Shown: positions 50,669 to 64,000, counted from the first letter of the stretch. The stretch: DNA of 64,000 nucleotides from Carcharhinus amblyrhynchos (GCA_965287045.1 CBDIYR020000004.1:4588001-4652000); one strand, 5' to 3'. Made by a program: numbers and translations. The notes: a model not told the origin generated them from the sequence alone.

Positions 50669-51512
50669 ACTTAGTATTCTTTAGTCATTCATGGAAAGAT
50701 CACCTGGAACATTTGGCAGAGCTCTTTGAGAGACTGTGGGAGGCAAAGTTGGACATAAGCTTGGCAAAAACAGAATTTGCAAAGATAGAAGTGACATTCT
50801 TAGCGCACAACACTGGATACGGACAGATGACACCGAGAAACGTGAAGGTGAAGGCTATCGAGGAATTTTAAAGACCGTCATCAAAGAAGGAAGTGCTATG
50901 ATTTTTGGAATTGAGTGGATTCTACAGAAAATTCATACCAAACTTTAGTGGCATAGTGGCACCGTTAACGGACTTGTCAAAAAAGGCGTGAAATTTCAAT
51001 GGACAGAACGATGCCAGGAGGCATTTGAGAATTTGAAAGCAGTGTTAACCACCGCAGCTGTTTTAGCCACACCAAAATTTTTTGTAACACTAAAGTTGCC
51101 ATCGACACCAGCGCCATAGATGTTGGAGCTGTGTTGTTACAAGAGGATGATTGTGGAATAGGAAGGCCAATCAGTTATTCTTCAAAAAAATTCAATATCC
51201 ACCTGACAAAATATTCCACAATTGAAAAGGACTTGTTGAGTTTAGTAATGGCCTTAAACATTTTAATGTTTATGTTACAAAAAATGCATCAGAGACGATT
51301 GTGTATACTGATCACAAACCTTTGACGTTTCTGGAAAGATTTAAGGACAAGAATGCCAGACTATTTTGTTGGCGTCTTAGATTACAGACATTTAATTTAC
51401 AGATTGTACATGTTGCAGGTTGTGAAAATGTTATGGCAGATGCTTTATCACGAGTTTAAAAGAAAAAAAGAAGCCATCTTTTCATGATGGTTCTTTTTTC
51501 TTAAGGGGTAAA

Positions 51513-52281
51513 TGTTGCAAAGTTGGTGTTTGTCAAATTGTCTGTTTTTATAAAAAGGTGCTTTTTTTTGCTGTGCTTAGAAAGTTAAAAGGGATGTAGG
51601 TGCATACAGTTCACAGACTGAAACATTGTAGAGAGGCCAGGCAGTAGTGCTACCAAGACCACAGGCTGATTTTTGAATTTTAATCAATCAATTTAAAATA
51701 GGCTGCTGTTATTCAAATTTCTATCAGATTTGAATTTGATGTTTTGGTAACCTGAGAACCAGTCCTAATGTGGGGATGTTGATAAGTCATCAGGGGTATA
51801 AGAGCCAGCAACTTCTCTTTGCCACAGCTCACAGCCTTAGAAAGAGAGACAGCAACTGCTCTCTGACACAGCAACTGTCTCTGCCACAGCTAATACCTTT
51901 TAGCTCCAAGCCTCATCACGATAGTGAAGACAGAAAATTCTGGAAGATAAAACCTGGTTGTATTTTTGAGAGTGACTAAAAAAAATTCTAGCTTTTCGTT
52001 AATGAGAGGGAATTATATTTATCTAAACAGCATTCCATTAGAATGATGTTTTATTTGGTTTGTTAATAGTTTAGTTAATCTGTTTGCTGTTAGTTAGATA
52101 AATAAAGTGTTACTTGTTGATTTTAGAGTCTCAGATAGTTATTTTGATTTAACCACAAAGTTGCTGAAGAGCAGATCATACTATTTCTCACACACTTTTA
52201 ATAGATTATAAATCGAGGTACTCCTCGTTGAGTGGTTAAGTATTGGTTCTCAGAGATGGGATCAACCTCCCCTTCATAACA
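51513..52281 (+). repeat. 3' LTR
   Basis: Starts TGTTGCA after a purine-rich tract (TAAGGGGTAAA), ends CATAACA. Confidence 0.92.
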
Positions 52282-53036
52282 CAATTAATGAACTAAAACT
52301 TCACGTAGCTGACACAATCCTGCATTTTACATATTATTGTGGCAGACGGAAAACTTTGAAATAAGCTAAGATGGATCTTAAGAGGTGCAACGAGTTGGAC
52401 AGGGCAGCAAATGAAAAGAAAATGGAGGTAGTGAAGGGTTGATTCTATTTCTGGAATGGCCTGATTGGAATCTGAAATCTGTCCTGTCAATTTGATTTCT
52501 GTACACTTAACGGATAATAGTGGGAAATCCCCACTGAACAATAAAAAGTTTGCTTGAGCCTTGCTGCATTGTCAGAAGTACAGCAGAGCTGGACTTCCAA
52601 ACCCCCAGCTCACCAACCCCCAAAACCCTAGCATTTTGACATGGCAGATCAGTTAGTTGGATGCATAGGAGGGCAGGGAAGTGGGAGAATAGGATCCAGT
52701 AAAATAAGTGGGAATGGGATGAGGGAATAGAATAGGTCAGGTGTTTGGATTGAGGAGCTTAACTTTAAAAACGTTCTTTGCGGCTGCCTGATGTTCTTTT
52801 CTATGTCAGTACAGTAAATGCACTTAGTGCTGCTATAAACGACCTGCACCTCTAAGAATGGCAAAGTATTAGGAGGAATCGCTCCATCAGATTTGCCACT
52901 TTGAACGGTGTTGTGTCAGAGGGGCAGAGATCTGCAAGGAGTCTTCTGATAAGATTTCATCACACAAAGCAACAAAGAACAGCAGCTGACTGTTCAGCCC
53001 CTCAAAGCTGCCCTGTTATCAGCTGATTCATCCATA

Positions 53037-53320
53037 GGGCGCATGGTGGCACAGTGGTTAGCACTGCTGCCTCACTGCTCCAGGGACCTGGGTTTAATTC
53101 CAGCCTTGGGTGAGTGTGTTTGGAATTTGCACGTTCTCTCTGTTTTCTCCAGGTGTTTCACTTTCCTCCCAAAGTTGAAAGATATGCGGGTTAAGTTGAT
53201 TGGCATGCTAAATTGTCCCTTAGTATCAGGGGATTAGTAGGTTAATACATGGGATTGTTGTCAGTGGACACTTGATGGGCCGAGTGGCCTCCTTCTGTAC
53301 TGTAGGGATTCTATGATATA
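53037..53320 (+). mobile_element. HE1/V-SINE inside an antisense CR1 remnant
   Basis: gggcgcatggtggcacagtggttagcactgctgcctcac head through ctgtagggattctatga tail. Confidence 0.9.
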
Positions 53321-56300
53321 CTAACGCCATAATCTTACCCAACAAAAATCTATCGATCTCAGTTGCAATACCCATTTGACCTCCAGACTCAACTTCTCTT
53401 TTATGGGGAGAGGGCAAGACAGATTTGTGCTATCCTTTGTATGAAGAAATACTTCCAGACATTGGCCCAGAAAAGGTCTAGCTCTAATTTTAAGGTGCTG
53501 TTTACTTCCATCTACCCTTGCAACTCCTTTAACCACTTAAACACCTCGATTAGATTCATTTCTGGATCTTCTTTACTCGGGAATATATAACTAGACTATG
53601 CAGCCTGTCCTTGGTGTACTGTAATCTTTTTAATGCCAATATGGGAGTAGAAGGGTCCAAATGTTTTTACTGCTAGGACCATCTAGATGCATATAACCAA
53701 TGGATTCTGACACTCCCACAGTTTGTTCATTTTAAAAAAAGTGTTTCATCATGCTCAAAATTGGCCTCAAATTTTGGCAGGCATTCTCCCAACTCTTCAT
53801 GGTGAGATTGAACCCTAATCTCTGGAAATTGCTCCTCAAACCTCTCCTGCTGGCTACATTTATCTCTCTCTCTCTGTCCTCCAAGATCCCTAAGACCCAA
53901 GGCTTTTGGTCACTTAATGTCAAATTTTGTTTCATTAGGTTCAAGTGCTGTTGCTTGTTCTTTTATTGTGTTGAAGATGCTACTCAAATGAAATGTTGGG
54001 CATCAGAATTGAATCAGAAGGCAGAAAGACAGGGGTCATATCGAGCTCAACAGACATAATACAAAGCATAGGGTCAATATGAAGGTGGTGACCCTTGGAG
54101 GATTCAGTCATGGAATGCAGCTAGTCAGCCAGGCACAAACTGATTTCAGTTTTAGTTATTATTTTCATTAGCTAGTTTATTCATTTGTTGTATTGTTAAT
54201 AAAGTAATTTTAGTCAATATGATTTTGTTGTAAATGAAAACCAAGCCACTATTTTGGAGCAGGAGGAGGCCATTCAGTCCCTCAGTTAGATTGTGCCCAA
54301 CCTTTTTTCTAACTCATCCCTCCTTTGTTAGCTTCCTACCCCTTTGTATTGTCACGTGGCAAAATATCCATCAGTCTTAGTTTTGAATAGTTTAATTGTC
54401 CCTAGCATTCATAGTCTTGGAAGAGTGTATGTCAAAGATAATTCATTCAGGAATAGGAGGAAGTCAGTCAATCCCTCGAGTTTGTTTCACCATTCGATTT
54501 GTACCATAACTCCATCAACTTGGCTTGGCGCCATTACCCTATGGAAAACTATCAATGCTTCTTTCTTCAGTCTGGAATGGTCTGGTTTTCATGGCGAGAT
54601 GACACACTCTTGTTCCAATAGTCACTGGTGCAAGCTGGATTCAGAAAACTTAATTAACCAGTGGTATTCTGAGTTACCCTTAGCTGGCAAAGAGCTGTGT
54701 ATGGACCTTAAATTTGTTGCAGATCTACCCATGGTTACTTTCATCACTTGGTAGATGAAGGTGTTGGGAATGGGGGCAAGAATAGGGCAAATGAGGTCAT
54801 CCAATGGGCCATATCTAACCCAGGACTGCTGGTAATCCAGCTCACATCGCCCAGGATCTCAGTTCTATCTGCACTTATATGTCTTACTCGCTGGTGTATC
54901 CTGTTTTGAATTTGATGGGGCCAGAAGGTTTTGGGAAAGCGCTGTTCCGAGCGCTGTTGCCTCACTGATGGTTAGGTCCTAAATCAGAACACCAAGATTG
55001 GGTTAGTATGAGCAGCTTAAGATAAATGAAAGAAATGGAAACATGGATTTAAACTGGAAATGTGTCTTCACAGTACATATCAGAACAGAACCAAAAGGAG
55101 AACAAGGTTGTCACATTCCTGAGGTTTGGTAGACACAGCCTGTGGAGGGAAATACACTTTGACAGGCTGAATGGCCTTTTTGAAAAAAAGAACAAGAGAA
55201 AAAAAATGGCCATGCAGCTCTGGCTAGGAGAATTATTTAAAGAAATATTCTCTGAAAAAGATTCAAAAAGGTAAAGAATAAAAAAGGGGACCAAAAGTAG
55301 AACACAACATTGCTCCACTCCTCTGAGAGGATCCTCAGAAGTTGACCAATATAAACTGCTGAGGCAAACTGTTAAAGCAGCAAAAGGAACACCAGGGCAC
55401 CTAAAAGAGCACTGGGTATAATGGGTTGCCCCATTAACAAAGTCCTTAATTATTTTGTGCGTTATATTTTCTTTTGTCTAAATGAGAAGCAGATGCCTCA
55501 CAGCAGTCTGCCTCTTTGCAAAATGGCCGACAGGTCATCTTGCCTTTAGAATTTTTCAAATTAAACTAAAACCAGGACTTGTCGGTAATTTTGCCAAGTT
55601 GGTGAATGCCCTTTTTTTAATTGTGGAGTGACCAAATGCTATATGAATTCCCAAAGTCCAGTGCATCTGCAGTGGTTTCCACCGTCAACATTGCCTTGTT
55701 CAACGCTCAAATGTGCTGATGGATGATGCACAAGTATCTTGGGGGGTTTTTGAGAGGCACAAGGGCATCACCCAAAAGGCACACAGCTGCATACAAACGT
55801 GCACACCAAGAATTAAGACGTACAGACACACGCGCACAGGCTGTCCCATCAAATAATTCCAGACAAATCACTACAAGAGATATTGAGACTTGCAACTTGC
55901 GATCACGAGAGCAGAGCATTTCTGGCAGCGATTCCAACTAAGAACGGTGAAGCTTTCTATTTATCTTTCAATGGGGGAGAAAAACAAAAGGCAGAACTCC
56001 CAGCCAAAATAAATAATTGCACTTCCTCTCCAATCTTACACTCTCCCTCCTTTTGGGGTTCTTACCTCCTTTGCCACAAATTGGCTGCAGAACAAGGTCT
56101 CACAAACAATAATTCAATAATGAGTTGATTAAGCTGTTTGTTGAGGGAAAATCCCCCACTCTCTTTGAAACGGTGGCTGTGGAATATTTTAAATCTATTT
56201 GCAAGGGTCTCGATTCACCTTCTCATCCCTTCTGGCAGTGCAGTATTCTCTCCATATTGGACTGTGTCAGCCTGGATCTTGTGCTCAAGACTCTGTAGCA

Positions 56301-57559
56301 TGACTTGAACCTGTGAGCCTTCTAGACTGAGAAATGAGTGTGCTGTGGACTGAACCATGGCTGACTCCACATGCTTAGAGCCACTGCAGCAGTCCTACCA
56401 TGATATTGATTGAGATTTCAATATGGACTTGGGAATCAAATTGGGGCCTTCTGATCAAGCACCATATCAGCATATTGGGTGGTGATTGGCCATGGGGGCA
56501 TGAAAACATTCAGCGCTGCGAAGAAAGGTTTTTTTTCCTCAAATGACTGGAATCATCCATTGCTAGGGAATGGTACTATGGCTGCCTTCAATAAATCTTC
56601 CCCTTCTGCTCTCAGTTGGGGCAAATAATGTGTAGAAGAAGATCCTCTCAGGCAAAGAGGCTGTGGAAGGAGGGAGAGGGTGTTGGTAATGGTGGAGGGC
56701 GGAAGAAAAGGAAAACATCAAAATAAGCTCTGCTTAATCTTTATATTGGTTTGTGCGTCATTATCTTGTAGCTCAGAAGGCCATTCAGTCCATCATGGTT
56801 ATGCCAGCTCTTTGAAAGAGCTATGTGTACCCAAATACAAAAACATCATGACGCCAGGAGAATTATAAAGGCCAGGAGGCTCAAACTCCATTGGGTGTGG
56901 GATCTGAGATAGGTTACTGGGAAGAAGAGGCAGAAGATGAAGTTAGACCCATGCAGTGAACTGAAACTGCAATATTCATATTGTCAGTAGAGGGAGCTCT
57001 AATTGCCTTTTCACCCCCAACAAGAAAGAGTGGGAAAAGTTCAAAGGCATTGAACTATTGGAGGTGAACAACAGCCCTTCAAACTGCTCTGGTCTCGTTG
57101 ACATGCTACCATTCAGCACAGGCCATCATTACAAGACAAAATATTAACAATCCTAAACAATCCTTATGAGAAATGGAAACTGATTAACCCTTTGAGGCTT
57201 TACAACAACCTGTAGCCAGATCTTTGCATGAAAAATGGGAATGTGCCAAAGCATAGACAGGAGAAGGGTAGCTGCATCGTGATGGGCCTTAGGATCTGGT
57301 GCATAATTGTTGCATAGTTAGGAATACACTCTCAATTCCACATGAAAGCAGCCATTTTGAGTTCTGTGATTTCTATATATCACCATGATTTTTCTCCCCG
57401 ACTCTTAACAGTGTCCAGGAGGTTAACCTTTAATTAGTTGCTGTTTAAGGCCACCTTTGGTAATCCATTGTCTTCCTGTTCGCTAACAAATACAAGGAGC
57501 TTGTGAACTTCTTCGTCATTGTGACCAGCTGCCTTTGCTGTGTCTCCTCCTTCCACTAA

Positions 57560-59080
57560 TGCACTTGGTCAAACTTTTCCAAAAGCTACCTCTGTCTTCA
57601 ACCTGAGTTTGCATCTTTTTCTCATTTCTCTCCCATCACTCCTTCTTGCCCTCCATGAGTTCATCTTGTCCACAAGCCTCAGCTTTTATTTGCGACTAAA
57701 CTGCTGACCACTAAACGGTTCTCTCTAAAGATGTTCTTCTTCATCTTCAAATCTGCTGTAATCACCCCTCTCCTAAAGAAAAAGGCAACCTTTGACCTCC
57801 ACTGTCCCTGCAAACTTATACTCCACCTCCAATCTCCTTTTCCTCCCCGGAGTCTTTTACTTGGTGGTGTTTCCCAAATAAGTTCCCTCCTGTTCTGGAA
57901 CTCCCTCTAATCAGGTTTTTGTCTTAGTCCAAAAGTGGCTCTTATCAAAATCAGAAATTACTTCCTATGTGATGGTGACAAAAGATAAGCTTTCCCTCCT
58001 TGTCTTTCTCAACTTGTCTGTAGCCTTTGACACAGCTGACCAGATCATTATCTTTCAACACCTCTCCACTGTCCACACCTCGGCCCTTCTCATTTATCAA
58101 ATCGTAATCAGAGAATCACTTTTTAAAAAATTCATTCATGGGATGTGGGTGTTGCTGGCTATGCCAGCTTCCCTAATTACCTTCGAGATGATTGAACTGC
58201 TGCAGTGGCTTGCAATAGCTTCTTTTCCTGCTCCTGCACTGTTACCTCCGGATGTCTTCGGACAACAAATCATTGGTTCCCCCCACCACCCCTCCAATAT
58301 CTCATCTACATGCCACCCCTTGGTACATCAGGCACAGCATTGGTTGTGTGCTGGCAACAGTCAACCTCACCACCACTTCTCTCTATTTCTCTGCTGTTGC
58401 TAAATTATCAGACTGTTAGAAGTTATCAAATTATCAGAAATTACCTCCAATTAAATTCTGGGAAAAGTGAAACTTTTGCTTTCGGTCTCCAAACTCTATC
58501 CCCTAGCTACTGACTCCATCCTTTCCCTGGCAGTAGTCTCAAATGACACCAGTCAGTTTCCAATCTTGTCACATTTGACCTTGAGGTATGCCTCATACCA
58601 TCACTAAGACCTTCATAAAAATGCCTAAGTTTTTTCATCTCAGCTCATCTGCTGCTCAAGCTCTCAATCATACCTGTTATGTTTAGACTTAATGATTCCA
58701 ATGGACACCTTCATTAACCTGAGGCCATCCAACTCTATTGCCTGTGTGTGAACTTACACCAACTTTTGTTCCCCTATCACCCCTGTGCTTGCTGACCGAC
58801 ACTGGCTCCCAGTCAAGCAACACCCTGATTGTAACATAATCGTCCAGGGTTTCAAGATCCTCCATACTGTCACCTCTTCTAATTACCATAATCTCCTGCA
58901 GCACTCCGAGATATCCAAACTCCAGTAATTCTGACCTCCCAAACATCCCCGATTTTCATCTGTCACCACAGGTGACCATGCCTTCAGTTGTCTTAGGCCT
59001 GGAATTCCCTCTGCCTCTATACCTTGCTTTCCTCGTTTAAGACACTCCATAAAATCTAATACTTTGTCCAAACCTTTGTG
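57560..59080 (+). mobile_element. Old L2 LINE RT fragment
   Basis: Degenerate KSAVITPLLK, QSGF, LLVFLNLSVAFDT.D, NYLQLNSGKSE and L2-like 3' region. Confidence 0.75.
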
Positions 59081-60133
59081 TCATCCAGGGTGTAACAATT
59101 TGTAAAGGAATCTAACAATTTCTCATCCGGCAGCGGGGCGGGGGGGGAGGGGGGGGGGGGGGAGGTGGTGGTTTGTGTGCATTGGATTGTCATTAAGATT
59201 AAAATTGTTGATTTAGCAACAGCCAGGCAGTAACCCAAGTGACTGAACTATCAGAGAGATCCGAGCTTGCAAAACACCAGTCATTTGTTTTAAATTGAAA
59301 GGCACATTTGAGTTAAGCCATCATTCATCTGCCCAATTTAGCTCCTATGGAAAGGAGTGACTTTTCCTCTCATCACAATGGTGAATTTCATTGCTGCAAT
59401 GGGTGCCAAGCACTCAAAGGGTTAATGGTTAAAAAAAACGTACATGTGACATTAAAAGTGTTTTACTGAAGAGCAAGCACTGAAATTGACTTTTTTCTTG
59501 GCCCCAAAAAGAGAAGGCTGTGGATTTTGAGAAATACCATGACCATGGGAAACCTTTTGACATTTTCACAAAGAATGTGGCTCTGGAGCAAATGTCCGAG
59601 TGCACACTGTGAAGCTATTCTAATTGCTTCACAATATTCCAATAATAACTCCTCTTGCCCACCCCGCCTCAAAAAACAAAGGAAAGGAGGCAACAGTGGG
59701 GGGAAAAAAATAAAAACTACCTTTAAGTAAATGCAAACACCTCAAACATTACTGCAGTTGCTAGCGGTAATGGGCTCCACTGACAGGAGCAGTTAATGCA
59801 GCTCCCCAGCAAGAGCAGAAGACGAAAAAGTCTCTCTTCCTGTCCCAGTGAAGTGTCGGAAAACAAAAAGTCGCAGACGGATGTGAGAAAGTGAATCTGC
59901 TGGATTGAGGGCAATGACTCGAGCTGGCACCCCAGAAGAACAAAAATGTACATCAGTTTGATCCCTGCAGATCAAGTTCCCAACCCGAACCATGTCGGTG
60001 ATGAGAAAGCCTAACTGCTGGGCCAGCTGTTATGTTGCAGAAACCGAGAGGATGGAACCCAGAGCGAACTGACTGATCCATGGCCAAACAAGAGTGGCCC
60101 CAGCAGAGAAAGGCCCCAGCCCACCCACCATCC

Positions 60134-60160
<27 letters not shown>
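60134..60160. repeat. (CT)n microsatellite; also (GA)n ~1752-1773 and (TA)n ~4580-4615
   Basis: Direct inspection. Confidence 0.9.
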
Positions 60161-60164
<4 letters not shown>

Positions 60165-60500
60165 GGGTATGGGATACTTGGTGCTGAGAGATCTAATAGG
60201 AGAGAGGAAGGAGAAAGCGGGGGAGGGGGGAGGACAGAAGAGGAAAATGAGTGAGGAAGTGGGGGAGGAGAGAGAGGAAATGGACATGGATGTGAGAAAA
60301 AAATGATAGCGATCGAGTCAAAGGAAGAAGCAAGAATGATTGAATGAGAAAGTAAGATTGAGGGAGAAAGACGGGATGAGCAAGGGAGAAAACTAAACTA
60401 AATTAAGATACCTTTCAAAATGAATGTCAACAGTAAACAATGAATAAATAATCTTTACTCCTGTAACTCCCTTTTGCTGTAAACCAACACTTGTCCATGA

Positions 60501-60560
60501 AAAGGAATGAGGTTTCCCACAGGGCTAAAGGAATGAGGTTTCCCACAGGGCTTAAGGAAA
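60501..60560. repeat. 26-bp tandem duplication
   Basis: AAGGAATGAGGTTTCCCACAGGGCT occurs twice, plus a partial third copy. Confidence 0.85.
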
Positions 60561-62421
60561 GGTTTTATTGTCAGCCCAGCACACATTTCACAATTCCCAA
60601 ACTACCCTGTCCCACCAATTCCAGCGCCTCCCACACCTTGACATTGGGCCCTTTCAAGTAAAGCACATTTTAATTGTGATGGAGGTGAAATGGTTTTACC
60701 ACTGATTTTATATTTTCTTTAAAAAACAATTGAAGTACAGCGGAGCCTGACATGTAATCGGACCTTTTGATGTCAGATATCCACAGCATACGCCTGGGAC
60801 CTGCAACACCGCTCACTTCTCGGCCATTCCTGTGAATCTCCTCTTCCCGTGGATGAGCTTTAACTCCTATGGCTGTCCTCAAGCCCCCTTGCCCCAACTT
60901 CACTGATCCTTCTACCCAGGCCCCACTCCCCATTTCATTGCCACCTTTTATTTCATTTTGTGGGATGTGGGTTTCATTGGCTAGGCCAACATTTATTGCC
61001 CGTCACTAGTTTCCCTTGAGAAGGTTGTGGTGAGCCGCTTTCTTGAACAGCTGCAGTCCATGTGATGTAGATACACCCACAGTGCTGTCTGGGAGGGAGT
61101 TCTAGGATTTTGATCCAATGATGGTGAATTCCAAAATATTTCCATATCAGTGTAGTGAGTGGCTAGGAGGGCAATTTCCAGGTGGTGGTGTTCCCATGAA
61201 TCTCTGCCCTTGTCCTTCTAGATGGAAGTGGGTTTGGAAGGTGCTGCCTAATAAGTCTTAGGTGAGTCCCTGCAGTGCATCTTGTAGATGGTACACATGG
61301 CTGCCACTGTTCATCAGTAGTGGAAGGACTATATGTTTGTGGCTGGGGTGTCACTCAAGCAGATTGCTTTGTCCTGGACGGTGCCAAGCTTCTTGAGTAT
61401 TGGAGCTGCACTCATCGAGGCAAGTTTAGGGGATGCCATCAGACTCTAAATTTGTGCCTTGTAGATGATGAACAGGCTTTGGGGAGTTGGGGTGAGTTAT
61501 TTACTGTGAACTTTTCAGCCTTTGATCTGCTCTTGTAGCCACAGCATTTATGTAGCTAGTGCAATTCAGTTCCTGCCAACTGAGCCATTTTAAATCTGGA
61601 AGCTTTGGAAATGATTTAGAAGCTATCATGTTTCTGATCTATATAGATTGAATAGGTGGGATCCATCTTTGAGTAACCTGACACATGCTGGGGGAATAAG
61701 ACTGTAAAATGACAGAATGAGTGTGTGTTTGGATTAGAGTGGGGGGAACAAAATCAATTCAGGTCCCTGTTTTTGGAATTGCGGCTCAGCATGCATATGG
61801 TGCAAACATTGTGGCGGATGCTGTCTATTGTACAGTGGCTTGATGATGCTTACCCACTTGGTGTTATGGGTGGAGCACTGTTGTGTGATGCTGACTGTGG
61901 AACTGTAACTGCTGGGTGGATAGGTTGGGGGATGTCGGGGTGGAAAGTGAGGGGAAAAGCTTTTGCAAGAAGAAAATAATAAAATATGTATTGAAATGCA
62001 GTGGTCCTTTTAAATCCCATTTCACCGGGAGATGGAACTGGACTAAATGCATGGTTCTTTTAAAGAGTCTGCATAGGCATGAAGGATTTGACCTCCACCC
62101 TTTTCTACTAGATCTCCTTTCTCCAATCTACCCTCCCCACCTCTTCTTCTCAAAACTGATACAAGCCAAGAGGGAAGCAATTGTCATACATCCCCATCCC
62201 ACAACCCATGTGCTCCACCACTCTTATCCCCTTGCCCCTTTAGATTCCATACTGGCACTCCACACCCCCCCGCCACATCCCCTTTGCCAGGCTGGACACG
62301 ACGACTGGCGGACTCCGCTGCACTTCATGGCTAGAAGTGTAACACACCAACGTCAGATACAAACCCTGTGTTAATGGAGTGTCGGTAGCAGTGAGTGTAG
62401 CGGTCACGTACACCAACCTAC

Positions 62422-62566
62422 CAATTGCGTCCTTGAGGTATTTCTGACCAATCAACTTTAAGTACTCTTCAATCGCCTTGGTCGCCAGCGTGTTCTCGCG
62501 AAATATTAAATGCTCACGGTCAACAAAACGGTCAACTTCCGTCATCGCCATGTCAGAGAGGAAGTC
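62422..62566 (-). CDS. SYNGAP1: SynGAP-type RasGAP coding exon (mammalian exon 9 equivalent), GAP domain with arginine finger
   Basis: Translates [49 protein letters not shown]. Boundaries ctgacag|GAC ... ATTG|gtaggt; 145 nt, phase 0 to 1. Contains the FRENT arginine-finger motif; DMAMxEVDRF is SynGAP-like rather than DAB2IP-like. Confidence 0.95.
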
Positions 62567-62639
62567 CTGTCAGAGACAGAAGTGTTGCAAAAGGTTACGT
62601 TCATTTGCTGCCTAAACAGGAGTCCATTTGACTGAGCTG

Positions 62640-63180
62640 GTTTTTTGCAAAGGCCTCAATCAGTGCCAATCCCCCTGCTCTTTTCCTGCAGCTCTGTAAA
62701 TCCTTCCTTCCAAATATTTATCCAATTCCCTTGTGAAATTTCCTTTCAGACAGTTCATTCCAGATCGGACTCGCTGCATCAAAAGATCCCCTTCATCTCC
62801 ACTTTGACCCTTTTTTTGCCCATCTGTGTTATTGATCCTTCTGTCATTGGCAACAGTTTCACCATACCTATCTGTCGAGACCATTCATGATTTTGACTTC
62901 GTCCCTTAAATTTCTGTCCAGATAATTGAAGTCTGTCATCCCTGGTATCATTGCTGGAAATCTCCTTCCCACCCCTGTCAAAACCTCAACGTCTTTCCTG
63001 AAGTGCAGTGCCTGGAATTGGACACAATACTTTGGCTGGAGCCAAAAACCAGTAATTTATAAAAGTATGGCATAACCACCTTGCTTTTGTCCCTCCTTGA
63101 CTGATACACCCGAGAATCATTTGTGGCTTGTTCACAGCTTTCTCAACTACTTCTTCAAAGTTTAATTTTCACAACAACTC
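62640..63180 (-). mobile_element. Old CR1 LINE 3' fragment (similar remnants ~17870-18310 +, 21975-22300 -, 27200-27960 +, 38200-38600 -)
   Basis: Degenerate CR1 ORF2-end and 3' UTR motifs. Confidence 0.65.
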
Positions 63181-64000
63181 AACACAGTTTGATCTCAATA
63201 GGAAGAACTGCCATTCCAGTGCAGTGAAACCTTGCGGATGGATGACAAGCTCTTCCCTAGTGTGCAGCATTTCTTCGGATTTGTGCCAGATGGGGGAAGG
63301 TATCAACCGAAATGTCAGAATCCCAATCACTGAGCTAAAACAAATTACAAAGAAATCAGTATAGGTAAAATTTCTGTTTAACTGAGGTGGAAGAGAAATG
63401 CTTCCATTTATAGCGTAGCTATGGGACATCCTAAAATACCTTACAGTCAATGAAGCATTTTTGAAGTGTAGCCACTGCTGCAGTGCTTTATAATGCAATT
63501 CCCTGCCTCTGAGCCAGAAGTTCCTGCTTCATATCCCACACTTTGATGGCCACAGAAGATGTCATCCTAATGTGGCCAAACAGGTGGGTTGGCAGCCTGT
63601 AAATCCTTCCAATATGCTTGTGGCAGGTGGTCAGAGCGGGAAAATCTCCCGGTTCCCACTGCAGCACCTTGCCAAGCATGATCACAGACTAACGTGTAAG
63701 TTCATGGTAAGAAGATATGATACCTGAAAGAGAGAGAGAGAGACACTGCTGTAATGTAGAAAATACAGCAGACAACTGACACAGTGACGTCCCACAAAGA
63801 GCAATGTGATGACCAATGCAGAGAATTTGTGATTATAGTGTTGATAGTTAGGGATAAATATTGGCCATTACATCGCAAAGAGTTCAAATAAAAACAGAAG
63901 GTGCTGGAAAAACCCAACAGGTCTGGCAGAACCTGTGGAGAGAGAGTGAGTTTAGGTTTTGAGTGCAGAAGGATCCTCGACTTTGCACCATCTCTCTTAC

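Larger units (their letters stand above)
45109..52281 (+). mobile_element. Full-length decayed Ty3/Gypsy LTR retrotransposon, Gmr1-like (gag-PR-IN-RT-RH)
   Basis: Two LTRs with TGTT...AACA ends and a CAAT TSD (45105-45108, 52282-52285). Remnants in order: gag (IILLEEFKNSLP; CFHCDTMGHKKKQC), protease (RDTRAS), integrase (HLG..KHFYW, PKTKSGNQYLL, IHSDQGSNF, FSGPY), RT (PIKQHPY, MPFGMKNAPATFQR, YIDD), RNase H (YSTIEKD, VYTDHKPL, ADALSR). Many stops and frameshifts. Confidence 0.93.

Noticed and set aside
11275-63180. Possible strand bias of LINE insertions relative to the host gene
   Set aside because: Fragments occur on both strands and the counts are too small to support a bias.

Overview
This is eukaryotic genomic DNA, most likely from a shark, inferred from HE1/V-SINEs, Deu-domain SINEs, CR1/L2 LINEs, Penelope-type termini and a 67-bp satellite. 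The window is dominated by the 3' two-thirds of a minus-strand SYNGAP1-type Ras/Rap-GAP gene. Nine coding exons lie between 62566 and 17661, all with GT-AG boundaries and consistent phases, covering the GAP domain, the disordered region and the coiled coil. The canonical terminal exon was not recognisable in the 17.6 kb downstream. The 23-kb intron holds a complete but decayed Gmr1-type Gypsy LTR retrotransposon (45109-52281; PR-IN-RT-RH order, CAAT target duplication) with four nested insertions. The two strongest leads are: (1) a CpG island at ~4.3-7.3 kb carrying an inverted duplication of a promoter module whose core closely resembles the MHC class II X1-X2-Y enhancer; (2) a candidate pair of coupled exons, 5 nt + 73 nt, at the position of mammalian exon 14, in frame only when both are included. 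No prokaryotic-type systems (CRISPR, operons) are present. Repeat coordinates are approximate, and all splicing and promoter claims are unverified predictions.
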